A stretch of 64,000 nucleotides of DNA, taken from the NCBI GenBank assembly GCA_030390025.1, contig CM059432.1:141548001-141612000 (forward strand), written 5' to 3'. Each line of letters opens with the position of its first letter. The stretch's first letter is position 1. A program made the translations under genes and the position numbers. Below are positions 36,610 to 48,629 of this stretch, piece after piece. Source of the DNA: Squalus acanthias. Taxonomy: Eukaryota. The notes under the pieces were generated by a model, which worked only from the letters and a program-made list of their open reading frames with translations, searched no databases and had not been told where the DNA came from.

Positions 36610-39128
36610 CTTTTTTTTATATTCGTTTATGGGATGTTGGCGTTGCTGGCAAGGCCAGCATTTATTGCCCATCCCTAATTGCCCTTTAGAAGGTGGTGGT
36701 GAGCCGCTTTCTTGAACCGCTGCAGTCCGTGTGGTGAAGATACTCCCACAGTGCTGTTAGGGAGGGAGTTCCAGGATTTTGACTCAGCGATGATGAAGGA
36801 TCGTGTGTGTGACTTGGAGGGGAACTTGGAGGTGGTAGTGTTCCCATGCGCCTGCTGCCCTTGTCCTTCTAGGTGGAAGAGGTCGCGGGTTTGGGAGGTG
36901 CTGCCGAAGGAGCCTTGGCGAGTTGCTGCAGTGCATCTTGTAGATGGTACACACTGCAGCCACGGTACGCTGGTGGTGGAGGGCGTGAATGTTTAATGTG
37001 GTGGATGGGATGCCAATCAAGCGGGCTGCTTTGTCCTGGATGGTGTCAAGCTTCTTGAGTGTTGTTGGAGCTGCACTCATCCAGGCAAGTGGAGAGTATT
37101 CCATCACACTCCTTACTTGTGCCTTGTAGATGGTGGAAAGGCTTTGGGGAGTCAGGAGGTGAGACACTCGCCGCAGAATACCTAGCCTCTGACCTGCTCT
37201 TGTTGCCACAGTATTTATGTGGCTGGTCCAGTTAAGTTTCTGGTCAATGGTGACCCCCCCAGGATGTTGATGGTGGTGGATTCGGCGATGGTAATGCCGT
37301 TAAATGTCAAGGGGCGGTGGGTAGACTCTCGCTTGTTGGAGATGGTCATTGCCTGGCACTTCTGTGGCGCGAATGTTACCTGCCACTTATCAGCCCAAGC
37401 CTGAACGTCATCCAGGTCTTGTTGCATGCGGGCATGGACTGCTTCATTATCTGAGGAGTTGTGAATGGCGCTGAACACTGCGCAGTCATCAGCGAACATC
37501 CCCATTTCTGATCTTATGTTGGAGGGAAGGTCATTGATGAAGCAGCTGAAGATGGTTGGGCCCAGGACACTGTCCTGAGGAACTTCTGCAGCGATGTCCT
37601 GGGGCTGTGATGATTGACCTTCAACCACCACAACCATCTTCCTTTGTGCTAGGTATGACTCCAGCCAGTGGTTTTAATGGGGCTCCTTGATGCCACACCC
37701 AGTCAAATGCTGCCTTGATGTCAAGGGCAGTCACTCTCACCTCATATTTGTCCATGTTTAGACCAAGGCTGTAATGAGGTCGGGAGCCGAGTGGTCTTGG
37801 CAGAACCCAAACTGGGCATCAATGAGCAGGTTATTGGTAAGTAAGTGCCGCTTGATAGCACTGTTGATGACACCTTCCATCACTTTGCTGATGATTGAGA
37901 GTAGACTGATGGGGCGGTAATTGGCCGGATTGGATTTGTCCTGCTTTTTGTGGACAGGACATACCTGGGCAGTTTTCCACATTGTCGGATAGATGCTAGT
38001 ATTGTAGCTGTACTGGAACAGCTTGGCCAGTTCTGGAGCACAAGTCTTCAGCACGATAGCCAGGATGTTGTCAGGGTCCATAGCCATTGCTGTATCCAGT
38101 GCGCTCAGCCTTTTCTTGATATCACGTGGAGTGAATCGAATTGGCTGAAGACTGGCTTCTGTGATGGTGGGGACCTCAGGAGTAGGCCGATATGGATCAT
38201 CCACTCGGCATTTCTGGCTGAAGATGGTTGCAAATGCTTCAGCCTTGTCTTTTGCACTCACGTGCTGGGCTCCACCATCATTGAGGATGGGAGTATTCAT
38301 GGAGCCTCCTCCCGTTAGTTGTTTAATGGTCCACCACTATTCACGACTGGATGGCAGGACTGCAGAGCTTTGATCTGATCCGTTGATTGTGTGATCGCAT
38401 AGCCCTGTCTATAGCATGCTGCTTCCGCTTTTTAGCATGCATGTAGTCCTGTGTTGCAGCTTCCCCAGGTTGCCACCTCATTTTTAGGTACGGCTGGTGC
38501 TGCTCCTGGCGTGCTCTTCTACACTCCTTATTGAACCCTGGCTTGATGGTAATGGTAGAGTGAGGGATATGCCGGGCCATGAGGTTACAGAATGACTGCG
38601 CGGTGGTCACTGCTACCAATACTGTCATGGACAGATGCATCTGTGACAGGTAGATTGGTGAGGACGAGGTCAAGTAGGTTTTTCCCCTCGTGTTGGTTTT
38701 CTCACCACCTGTCGCAGGCCCAGACTGGCAGCTATGTCGTTCAGGACTCTGCCAGCTCAGTCAGTAGTGGTGCTACCGAGCCACTCTTGGTGATGGACAT
38801 TGAAGTCCCCAACCCAGAGTACATTCTGTGCCCTTGCTACTCTCAGTGCTTCTTCCATGTGGTGTTCAACATGGAGGAGTACTGATTCATCAGCTGAGGG
38901 AGGGCAGTAGGTGGTAATCAGCAGGAGGTTTCTTTGCCCATGCTTGACCTGAAGCTATGAGACTTCATGGGGTCCAGAGTCAATGTTGAGGACTCCCAGG
39001 GCCACTCCTTCCCGACTGTATACCACTGTGCCTCCACCCCTGGTGGTTCTGTCCTGCCGGTGGGACAGGACATACCCAGGGATGGTGATGGAGGAGTTTG
39101 GGACATTGGCTGAAAGGTATGATTCTGT
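36610..39128 (-). mobile_element. Second-family CR1-like LINE (EN-RT remnants)
   Basis: NYRPISLLSIISKVME, MFADDC. Confidence 0.88.
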
Positions 39129-39129
39129 G

Positions 39130-40345
39130 AGAGAGAGAAACAGTGTTAATGTTTCAGGTCAATGACCCTTCGTCAGAACTGGAAAGAGTTGGAGATGGAA
39201 CAGGTTTTTAAGCAATTGTAGGGGCCGGGAAAGGGGGAGGGGAGGAAAGAACAAAAGGAAAGGTCTGTGATAGGATGGAAGGCAGGAGAGATTAAGAGAC
39301 AAAAGGGATGATGGTGCAAGGCAAAAGGAGATGGTAATGGGACAAGTTAAGAAACAAAAGATGACTAGATGAAGTGTAAATGGCAGAATGATCGACTGCT
39401 GCCATGTGAGAGAGAGAAAAAAAAATGATAGGGGCAGAGGTTCTGGTCTGAAATTGTTGAACTCGATGTTGAGTCCAGAAGGCTGTAAAGTGTCTAATCG
39501 AAAGATGAGGTGCTGTTCCTCGAGTTTACGTTGAGCTTCATTGGAACAATGCAAGAGGCCGAGGACAGTGAGGTCTGAGTGGGAGTGGAGCGGAGAATTA
39601 AAGTGACAGGCGACCGGAAGCTCGGGGTCACCTTTATGGACTGAACGGAGGTGTTCCGCAAAGCGGTCACCCAATCTGCGTTTGTTCTCCCCAATGTAGA
39701 GGAGACCACATCGTGAGCAGCGAATACAGTATACTAAATTGCAAGAAGTATAAGTAAATTGCTGTTTCACCTGGAAGGAGTGTTTGGGGCCCTGGACAGT
39801 GGGAAGGGAGGAGGTAAAAGGGCAGGTGTTGCATCTCCTGCGCTTGCACGGGAAGGTGCCGTGGGAAGGGGAAGGGATGTTGTGGGTGATAGAGGAGTGG
39901 ACCAGAGTGTCGCGGAGGGAGCGGTCCCTTCGGAATGCTGAAAGTGGAGGTGAGGGGAAGATGTGTTTGGTGGTGGGATCACGCTGGAGGTGGCGGAAAT
40001 GGCGGAGGATGATCCGTTGAATGTGGAGGCTGGTGGGGTGAAAGGTGAGGACAAGGGGAACCGTATCGTGGTTCCGGGAGGGAGGGGAAGGGGTGAGAGC
40101 AGAAGTGCGGGAAATAGAACGGACACGGTCAAGGGCCATGTCAACCACGGTAGAGGGGAATCCTCGGTTGAGGAAAAAGGAAGACATGTCGGAAGCACAA
40201 GTATGGAAGGTGGCATCGTCAGAGCAGATGCGGCGGAGACGGAGAAACTGGGAGAATGGAATAGAGTCCTTACAGGAAGCGGGGTGGGAGGAAGTGTAGT
40301 CCAGGTAGCTGTGGGAGTCAGTGGGCTTATAGTGAATGTTAGCTA
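39130..40345 (-). mobile_element. Penelope-like element: RT C-terminus, Cys linker, GIY-YIG and tail with hammerhead variant (39142-39181)
   Basis: ORF 39159-40187 PLVLTFHP...PCKRRRCNTCP...LVYCIRC...YIGE. Confidence 0.9.
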
Positions 40346-43300
40346 GCCCAGTTACATTACCACTACGCTACCGTCCCCCTAAGTCGGCCTAAGGAGGCCA
40401 CAGGACCAGAGGCTGCACTATTTGAAGGAGAACAGCAGAGGTCTTCCGATGTCCTGGGCAACATTTATTCATCAACCAGCGCTATCAAAACAGATTAACT
40501 GACCATTATCTCACTACTGTTTGTGGGACATTGCGTGTGCAAATTAACTAGGTCTTGGTTTAATGTTTTATCCAAATGTCGACACCTCTGACAAAGCAGC
40601 ACTCCCTCAATACTGCACTGGCGTCTCAGCCTAGATTATGTGCTTGAAGGGGCCTTGAACCCACAACCTTACCAGCTGAGTCAAGCTGACACTTGTCAAT
40701 TATAATATGCCATGAAGTGTATCACGTGGTACTACCTTGAGTATGGGCACCATTATCGCTGTTGTTGTGCTGCCTAATGCTATATTCTCTTATTATTATT
40801 GATTTTAGTGTAGTTTACCATGACAACAGATGTGACACGTTACCCTGAGGTATTTTGTGTGGATTCAATGTACTGGGAATTTTCGGTGGCAAAAACTAAC
40901 AGTATCTGAGCCTAGTGGATGGGTTTTGTTTCATTTTTAGCGTTTTCCTCCATGTTCTCAGATGTTTAAATTTTATATTGGCATTTTAATATGGGGGGGT
41001 AGACATTTTTTTTTTACCTCTTGTGAAATTCAATTGGAAAATACAGCAGGTCTGTGATACCTGGTTATGTGATCAACACAAGAGTGGGAAAGATTTTCCA
41101 GTCCGGATGCAGAGCTGGACTGTGGCAAAGTCTGACTTCACACTATCTCCAAGGCTTTTGATGTTCTACTTTGATGACATGAGCAGGTCAAACTTTTGCA
41201 TCAGGACACTTGCTGCCTTTAAGGAGAAGCTAGATAAGCACATGAGGGAGAAAGGAATAGAAGGATCTTATTGAATAGTGGAGCAGGCTTGAAGGGCTGA
41301 ATGGCCTACTCCTGCTCCTATTTCTTATGTTCTTATTCCAGCCCTTATGTGGCTACAGCAACACCATTTTAGCCACCTGCACTACTTTTAGTAAAAAAAA
41401 CACCTTATACACAACACAGGTAAATGTACTTCACATTTACTTTACAAACATCTACCATCATTCGGTAACCAAGGAAGTACAGCAGTCATAACGATCAAAA
41501 AACACTTGCACACTCTGCTTTTCGTTCTACCATTTTAATAACAAATGCACAAAAAAGTTAAAGTTCACATGCATATGCCATGCGAGCGTGAGTATTGAGA
41601 TCACAGGCCCAATGACAGTGTGTAATATTTCATCAGAAATGCAATTAGCCACATCTGGATTCCCAATTAGTCACATGTGGCCAGTGGCTGGTGTCCTGGT
41701 GTATTGGGCAACACTGGTGTAAAGATTTGCTTGGGTGCTGCATACAGAGGACGATCAGGCAGGGTTTATTTCCCAATTATTCTTAACAAGAACTTGAAGG
41801 CTTTCTTTTGAATTAAACACTTTCCTACGCACTGTATTGTGTGCAACTCTCTCCTGCCTGATTTTCTGTGTCCGGGCCAATCCTTTACATAAGAACATAA
41901 GAAATAGGGGCAGGATTAGGCCACTTGGCCCCTCGAGCCTGCTCCGCCATTCAATAAGATCATGGCTGATCTTGGGCTCAAAGCCACTTCCCCGCCTGCT
42001 CCCCATAACCCTTCACTCCCTTATCTTGCAAAAATCTGTCTATCTCCACCTTAAATGTATTTAATGACCCAGCCTCCACGGCTCTCTGGGGCAGAGAATT
42101 CCACAGATTTACGACCCTCTGAGAGAAGAAATTCCTCCTCATCTCAGTTCTAAAGGGGCGACCCTTTATTCTAAAACTGTGCCCCCGAGTTCTAAATTTC
42201 CCCACGAGGGGAAACATCCTCTCTGCATCTACCCTGTCGAGCCCCCTCAGTATCTTATATGTTTCGATAAGATCACCTCTCATTCTTCTAAATTCCAATG
42301 AGTATAGGCCCAACCTGCTCAACCTTTCTTCATAAGTCAACCCCCTCATCTCTGGAATTAACCTAGTGAATCGTCTCTGAACTGCCTCCAATGCAAGTAT
42401 ATCCTTCTTTAAATAAGGAGACCAAAACTGTACACAGTACTCCAGTTGTGGTCTCACCAATACCCTGTACAGTTGTAGTAGGACTTCCCTGTTTTTATAC
42501 TCCAACCCCATTGAAATAAAGGCCAACATTCCATTTGCCTTTTTGATTACTTGCTGTACCTGTATGCTAACTTTTTGTGTTTCATGCACAAGGACCCCCA
42601 GGTCCCTCTGAACTGTAGCATTTTGTAATCTCTCTCCATTTAAATAATAATTTGTTTTTTTATTTTTCCTGCCAAAGTGTATAACCTCGCATTTTCCCAC
42701 AATGGCCCAAAAATTCGGCCGTTCCCGCGTGAGTACACAACGTGTACTCACCCGTATTCATTCCCGAAGTGCCGGTTTCCTGCATGCACTGCGCATGCGC
42801 GGGAAACTGGAACTTCCGGTGGCTTCAAGTAAAGGTTTCTTCGGTGAATCGCGTGCGCCGGAGAGTCTGCGCGTGCGCAATGAACTTCGCTTTTTTTATG
42901 CATGGTTTGAGTGTGTGTAAGATCGCAGCAATTACACTTGTAAAAAGCTTGAGTAAACTATCTTGGAAAGCTCCGTAACCAGCAGGAGGAAGAAATCTTT
43001 CAGCAGTGGGGCTACTAAAGTGAACATTTTTAAATCTGAAAGGCAGCAAAGTTTATTTAATAAGTCTGAGGTAAGTTTGCAATTTAAAAAAAAGTTTTAA
43101 AACGGGTTTTGACCATTTGGAGTAGTCTAGCAACTCTGGGTGTGTACAAGGCCTATTGAATTAGGTTTCTGTCTTAAATATGAAAATGACTGTTTAAAAA
43201 TGAACTATTTACATTTCAAAAAGTTTAAAAAAAGAAAATGATCATCAATTATATTCCTTTAAGTATGTATGTATGTATGTATGACTTTCTGAAAATGTTA

Positions 43301-43484
43301 CAGTTCTGGAAAATCATCTCAGGCCGTGAGGCGGGTAGACGTGTTCCCAAATCGATACCGCACGTTTCCCACCATAGCCCGACCTGATTTTCTAGCCACT
43401 CACTTTATTAAAGTTACTTTAACAACTCTTTCCATTTTTTCCTTAAAACTTTCTGTTTAAAGAGGAAGCCTGTGAGGGAGAAAT

Positions 43485-44594
43485 ATGCCCTTTGAGAATG
43501 CTGTCCTGGTCCTCTGTGCGATTTTGTATCAGAGAATTTTAGACGCCAGGCGACAAGACAGACCGTCTCCTCCTGAGAAGGAGAAACTACTACCCACCCC
43601 AGAGAGTGTACAGGGAGAGGCTGTCATTTGAGATGCTGTCGGAGGAGTTGTGTGTGAGGAGGCTGCGCTTCAGTAAAGAGTCAATCGGCCGAATCTGTGA
43701 CATGTTAAAGGAAGACCTTCAAACACGCTCGAAGAGCCGCACTGCCTTGTCAGTGAGCATGAAGGTAACCACAGCACTGAACTTCTTTGCAAGTGGGTCA
43801 TTTTAGGCAAGCACCGGTGACATTACCAACATCTCCAAGAATGCTGCGAGGGCCTGCATTCACCAGGTCACAGATGCCATTTTCCGTAGGGCTTCAGAGT
43901 TCATCAAAAGGAGATGGCCCTTGCATTTTATAACATTGCTGGATTCCCCAAAGTGATTGGGGCCGTCGATGGAACCCATGTTGCATTGAAGGCACCAGTG
44001 GATGCACCTGTGACATTCATCAACAGGAAGGGGTTTCATTCATTGAATGTCCTGATTGTCTGTGATGCGCACCTCAGGATCCTAAATGTGAATGCAAATC
44101 ACCGGGGAAGTAATCATGACTCCTTCGTCCTCCGTAACTCGAACTTATATGGCGCCCTCAACGCATTGCCTCCAGGATCCGCATGGATATTGGGCGACAA
44201 GGGCTACCCGCTAAGACCATGGCTGATGACTCCCTACCGCAAGACCAATAATGAGGCTCAGGAGAGATACAACCAGGCACACGTGTCCACACGGCAAGTG
44301 GTGGAGAGGACAATCGGAGTTCTGAAATCACGCTTCCGGTGCCTGGACAGGTCAGGGGGGACCTTGCAGTATTCTCCTCAGAAAGTGAGAAGGATTGTGG
44401 TGGCCTGTTGTGCTTTGCATAACTTTGCCCTGCGGGAAGGACTGACCCTTAACGCTGCAGAGGAACTACCTGCTGAAATGGAGGACGTGGACAATGCCAA
44501 TGTGCCTGTGGGAAGGCGTGATGGGGACGAGCCAAGTGCTGCTCAAAGTAAGGCTGTTCGGGAGCAGCTGGTAGCCAACACCTTCACGAGGTAG
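43485..44594 (+). pseudogene. Harbinger (HARBI1-like) DDE transposase, disrupted
   Basis: GAVDGTHV, NRKGFHSLN, GDKGY, VVERTIGVLKSRFRCL, LHNF; TAG at 43804-43806 and frameshifts near 43560 and 43912. Confidence 0.9.
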
Positions 44595-46288
44595 TGTCGC
44601 CTTGTACCTCCCCCGACCCCAGCAAGGCAAAGAAAGGAACAGACACAATTTAAAGTGAAACAGTGAACTTTTATTGCAGCATCAAAGACTTCTGTTCAGT
44701 GTTGATGTACATAGTTTATAACTTTTAAATGTTAACTAGCTATTTTCAGCTTTTCAAACATTCGTAAACATAAATAGGTTAGAATAAAATTTGTAAACAG
44801 TTTACAGTGACTTTTTTGGTTTGTTACTGCAATAAAGACATTCAAGATGGAAACTAGCTATTTTCTAAATTTAAAACAGTTGTAATGTTAAATTTTTTCG
44901 CAAATAAACAAGTTGAATTTTTTCAAAGTGACTAGAGGCTGTACTTTTTAAATGAAAAGGTTACATACACTTTCAGTGACAAATATATATTTCAATTAAA
45001 AAAACAATGAAAACATGTAACATTTAAATAAAACGAAAAATTAAACAATTGAACGATTTACCCCCTCGCATCTATGCCTGAGGGTCAATGGATGTGCATT
45101 GTGGAAAAGGTGACACCCTACCGTCTCCTGCGCTTTCCCGCTCCCCGTGACCGGAGCCCTGTGCTGCGACTTGAAAGGGCCCTGTTTGCCATCTCTTGCC
45201 CTTCAGCAATTGCCTCCTGACAGGGTTGCTGCTGCTGCTGCTGCTGCTGCAAGGCAACGTTTGCTTGCATCACAACTGGCGGAGCAGCTGGCTCTTGGAC
45301 CTGCACTGTTTCTGTGCTGGGAGCAGGTAAGGGCGGTTCTGCGGGAGTCACAGTAATGGCAGCAGAAGGTGGTTGAAGCATATGCAAGAGTCCAACGAGA
45401 GACTCATTTATTTGATGAAGCGCCATTCCCACATCTGGTTTCTGCAAGAGTCCAAGGACAGACTCATTTATTTGATTAAGTGACATGCCAATAGAATCCA
45501 TTCCCTGCCTGATCGAGGCAAGAGAGTCAACTTTTTTCTCAGTAAGAGAACACATCGATTCCCTCAACCCTTCAAGATGCTGCATCTGACCTTGTAACTC
45601 CTGTTCTGTTGCATGTATATCTGCTTCTCCCACATGCACTGCAGTATCAAGCTGGTGTCTGTCTGGCACAGAGCCAGAGGGGCCAGGAGATGGAGAGGAC
45701 CTCTCCAGCAACCCAGATTCCATACCCTCCTCTTCCACTACATCAATAAGTTACTCCTGCTCCTCCACCATCACCACCTCACTCACAGCTCCCATTGCCT
45801 CAACAACCCCTTCCCCAAAGCCCTCTGCGGCTGCAGACTCAACGCACTGCTCATCCCGTGTGTGAGAAGTCTGCTGTAAACCTATGGAAAGGAAACAGTA
45901 AAGATTAGCAAAGGTAAAGCATGATGTGCCACATCACAGAAGCTGATATTCATTACACATCTAACATTTTTAAACATATAGCTGGCCAGAGCAACTCACG
46001 GTTATGCATACCAGTGTCGGTTCGTACAGCTTCAAAGGGGCAGCCGCTACTAAATCCAAATAGATGCTCGAACCTTTCCTCATGTTCGGATAAAGCCCTT
46101 AACGTGACAACACCACCGCCTGTCAGTGCACGTTCTCTGGCGTTGTGAGCAGTTTTACTCTAAAATGAAAACAGAAAATATGAAATGTCATGAAATGTAA
46201 GGTTTTTCTGCATATACCTACACCCAAAGTACATTGGGACACACACAGCTTTGCAGACAGTTTCTGTTTAACTCACTAAACAACTCAA

Positions 46289-46485
46289 GATGTGGAGATG
46301 CCGGCGTTGGACTGGGGTGGACAAAAATGAGAAGTCGCACAACACCAGGTTATAGTCCAACAGATTTATTTAATTTTACAAGCTTACTGCTAACTTACCT
46401 GACGAAGGAGCGAACTGCTCCGAAAGCTTGTAAAATTAAATAAATCTGTTGGACTATAACCTGGTGTTGTGCGACTTCTCATTTT
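46289..46485. mobile_element. 197-bp Penelope-type inverted-tail insertion with 12-bp TSD
   Basis: TAAACAACTCAA at 46277-46288 and 46486-46497; perfect 63-bp inverted repeat. Confidence 0.75.
46395..46433 (+). ncRNA. Minimal type I hammerhead ribozyme motif, second family
   Basis: TTAC-CTGACGA-A-GGAGC/GCTCC-GAAA-GCTT-GTAA. Confidence 0.8.
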
Positions 46486-48629
46486 TAAACAACTCAAAGC
46501 AGTGGAATCAAGATAAGAGCACAATGGATGACCCTGAGCTGGCCCCAAAAGCCATAAAAATTTATGGCAACATCTTGTGACTGCAGGTAATTCACTTGAG
46601 TAAACAAACACATACATATATATTTTTAAAACTAGTTCAGTTAAATTTAAAGACATTTTACAGTTGACTTTTGTAATAACTATACAAACCTTGAGAGTTC
46701 GCAATAAATCACTGAATTTCTTGCGGCATTGTTCTGCTGTCCGTGGAATGGTGGAGTTTGCGCTGACAGCCTGCGCAACCTCTTGCCAAGCTAACATTTG
46801 GCCTTTTCGTGGCGCCTTGGACTTCTCAATTCCAATTATCCGCAGGCGCTTCGCCTCAACCTCGTCGAGGAGTGTGCTGAGATCATCGTCACTGAAATTT
46901 TGAGTTCTTTTGATAATTTGAATTGTGCTCATTCCAGCCATTTCACTTTGCTGATTAAATAAAATAAAATGAATGAAAAAAATGCTTTCAGGGCTTTTAA
47001 AACTATTTAAATTACTTCAAATCTCTTTAAAACTGTTTAAAATTCTTCCAATTCATGTAAAAGTCTTTAAAAGTTTGTAAAAGTTTGCAAAACATGCATT
47101 TAAATACAACTTACTTTGATAGCAAAGTCCTGCGGCGCTTGAAATCCCTGTGTTGCTATTTCCAAAGCTTGCCAGGATTTTAAAAGAATTGGGGGCGTGG
47201 CCTATGCTAATGCGACCTTCCAGGGCGTGTCTTCACTGCCCTCTGCACGGGAGGCGCCGCGCATGCTGCGCTCCAGGGCGGTGTGACGTCAGACGCTGCC
47301 CGGGAGTGCTGTTCAAAAAATCCAAAGTTCCTGCGGGGGCAAACAAGAACGGCAGACGCGGTAGGTGATATCGCGCGCGATCCTTACCCCCGCGGCAAGC
47401 CTCCGAATCGAATTTCTAGGCCATTATATTCCATCTGCCAAATGTTTGCCCACTCACTTAGCCTTTCAATATCCCTTTGCAGATTCTTTGAGTCCTCTGC
47501 ACAACTTGCTTTCCCACCCATCTTTGTATCATCTGCAAACTTGGCTACATTACACTCGGTCCCTTCATCTAAGTTATTAATGTAGATTGTAAATAGTTGA
47601 GGCCCCAGCACTGATCCCTGTGGCACCCCACTAGTTACCGTTTGCCAACCGGAAAATGACCCATTTATCCCGACTCTCTGCTTACATCCAAGGGCAATGA
47701 GGAAAATCTACCCCAACAAAATTGTTATAAAGATTGTTGTTTTTTGCATCTTTGCATCTTGCCTTAAAGTTCTCTTGAAGAATAAAGGGGAGGTAATCCG
47801 TGGCTTCTAATATTACAAACAGATCCCACTGCACAAAGTTTTCCAAGGAAGGCAATAAGCCAGAAAATCCATATGTTATTTTTGTGACAGTAACACTGAA
47901 GGCAAACAACACAATTATACTTTCATGATGCAGTGATGTGCTATTGCGTGATTTCCAGTGCTTGGTTTATGTTTGGCCAACCTAATGAGGAGAGCACTTT
48001 TGTAATGAAGACGGTGTCCCTTTTCTCAAGTATTTTATTCCAACGATAATGGCGTTATCGCTGTATTTTTAGAAACATCTTTCACAGCTTATTCTGTTGC
48101 ACTGAAATGCAAAAGGATTTTGCAAAGGAAGAGAGGAACCAGACTGAGCCAATTAACATTATTTATTTATACCAATGATTTACTGTGTAATCAGAAACTG
48201 CTTCATCATAAACCATTTGCTGCAGAATTTCATACAGCAGCTCAACCAGTTTCCTATTGTAATTATGAGTAAGGAGTTTATCCCTTAGACTTGGCTGACT
48301 ACAAAACTCTTAACAAATACCCAACTTTAGTCTGATTTCTTTAAATGGTGCAGAAATTATTAAATTCCCAGTAAAGTCCTATGTACCATGATCATGCTTT
48401 CATAAGCTTACAAACATCCCTGTCGCAGAACCCACTCTGTATGAGTGGAGAGATTTGGTGATCGTAAAGTTTACAGGGAGCATACAGCGGGGTATAGGGC
48501 AGCTGTTCAGCACATTTGTTTGAGAGCTGGTTGTGTCTATATGACTTTCAGTAAAGTTGTTAACCCGTGGTCATTGGTCTGGATTGTTTGTATTGTAAAA
48601 TTTTGAAATGTAAAGGCAGCTCAGACGAT

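Larger units (their letters stand above)
45118..46941 (-). pseudogene. Harbinger Myb/SANT-like (trihelix) DNA-binding gene, 3 exons (46941-46690, 46159-46000, 45881-45118), one premature TAA at 45753-45751
   Basis: NFSDDDLSTLLDEVE...AWQEVA...RTAEQCRKKFSDL; TGGG motif in exon 2; GT/AG introns keep frame; C-terminal GKRRRR. Confidence 0.88.
42704..47422 (+). mobile_element. Full-length PIF/Harbinger DNA transposon (4719 bp) with two convergent genes
   Basis: TIR GGCCCAAAAATTCG / CGAATTTCTAGGCC (12/14); flanks AAT/ATT; DDE transposase plus Myb/SANT gene. Confidence 0.93.
41888..47682 (-). mobile_element. CR1 LINE fragment split by the Harbinger transposon (41888-42703 and 47423-47682)
   Basis: ...WQMEYN|VGKCEVIHFG is continuous once the transposon is removed. 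Confidence 0.9.

Noticed and set aside
43914..44594. Host HARBI1 gene
   Set aside because: Lies between TIRs inside a CR1 and has a stop and frameshifts, so it is a transposon copy
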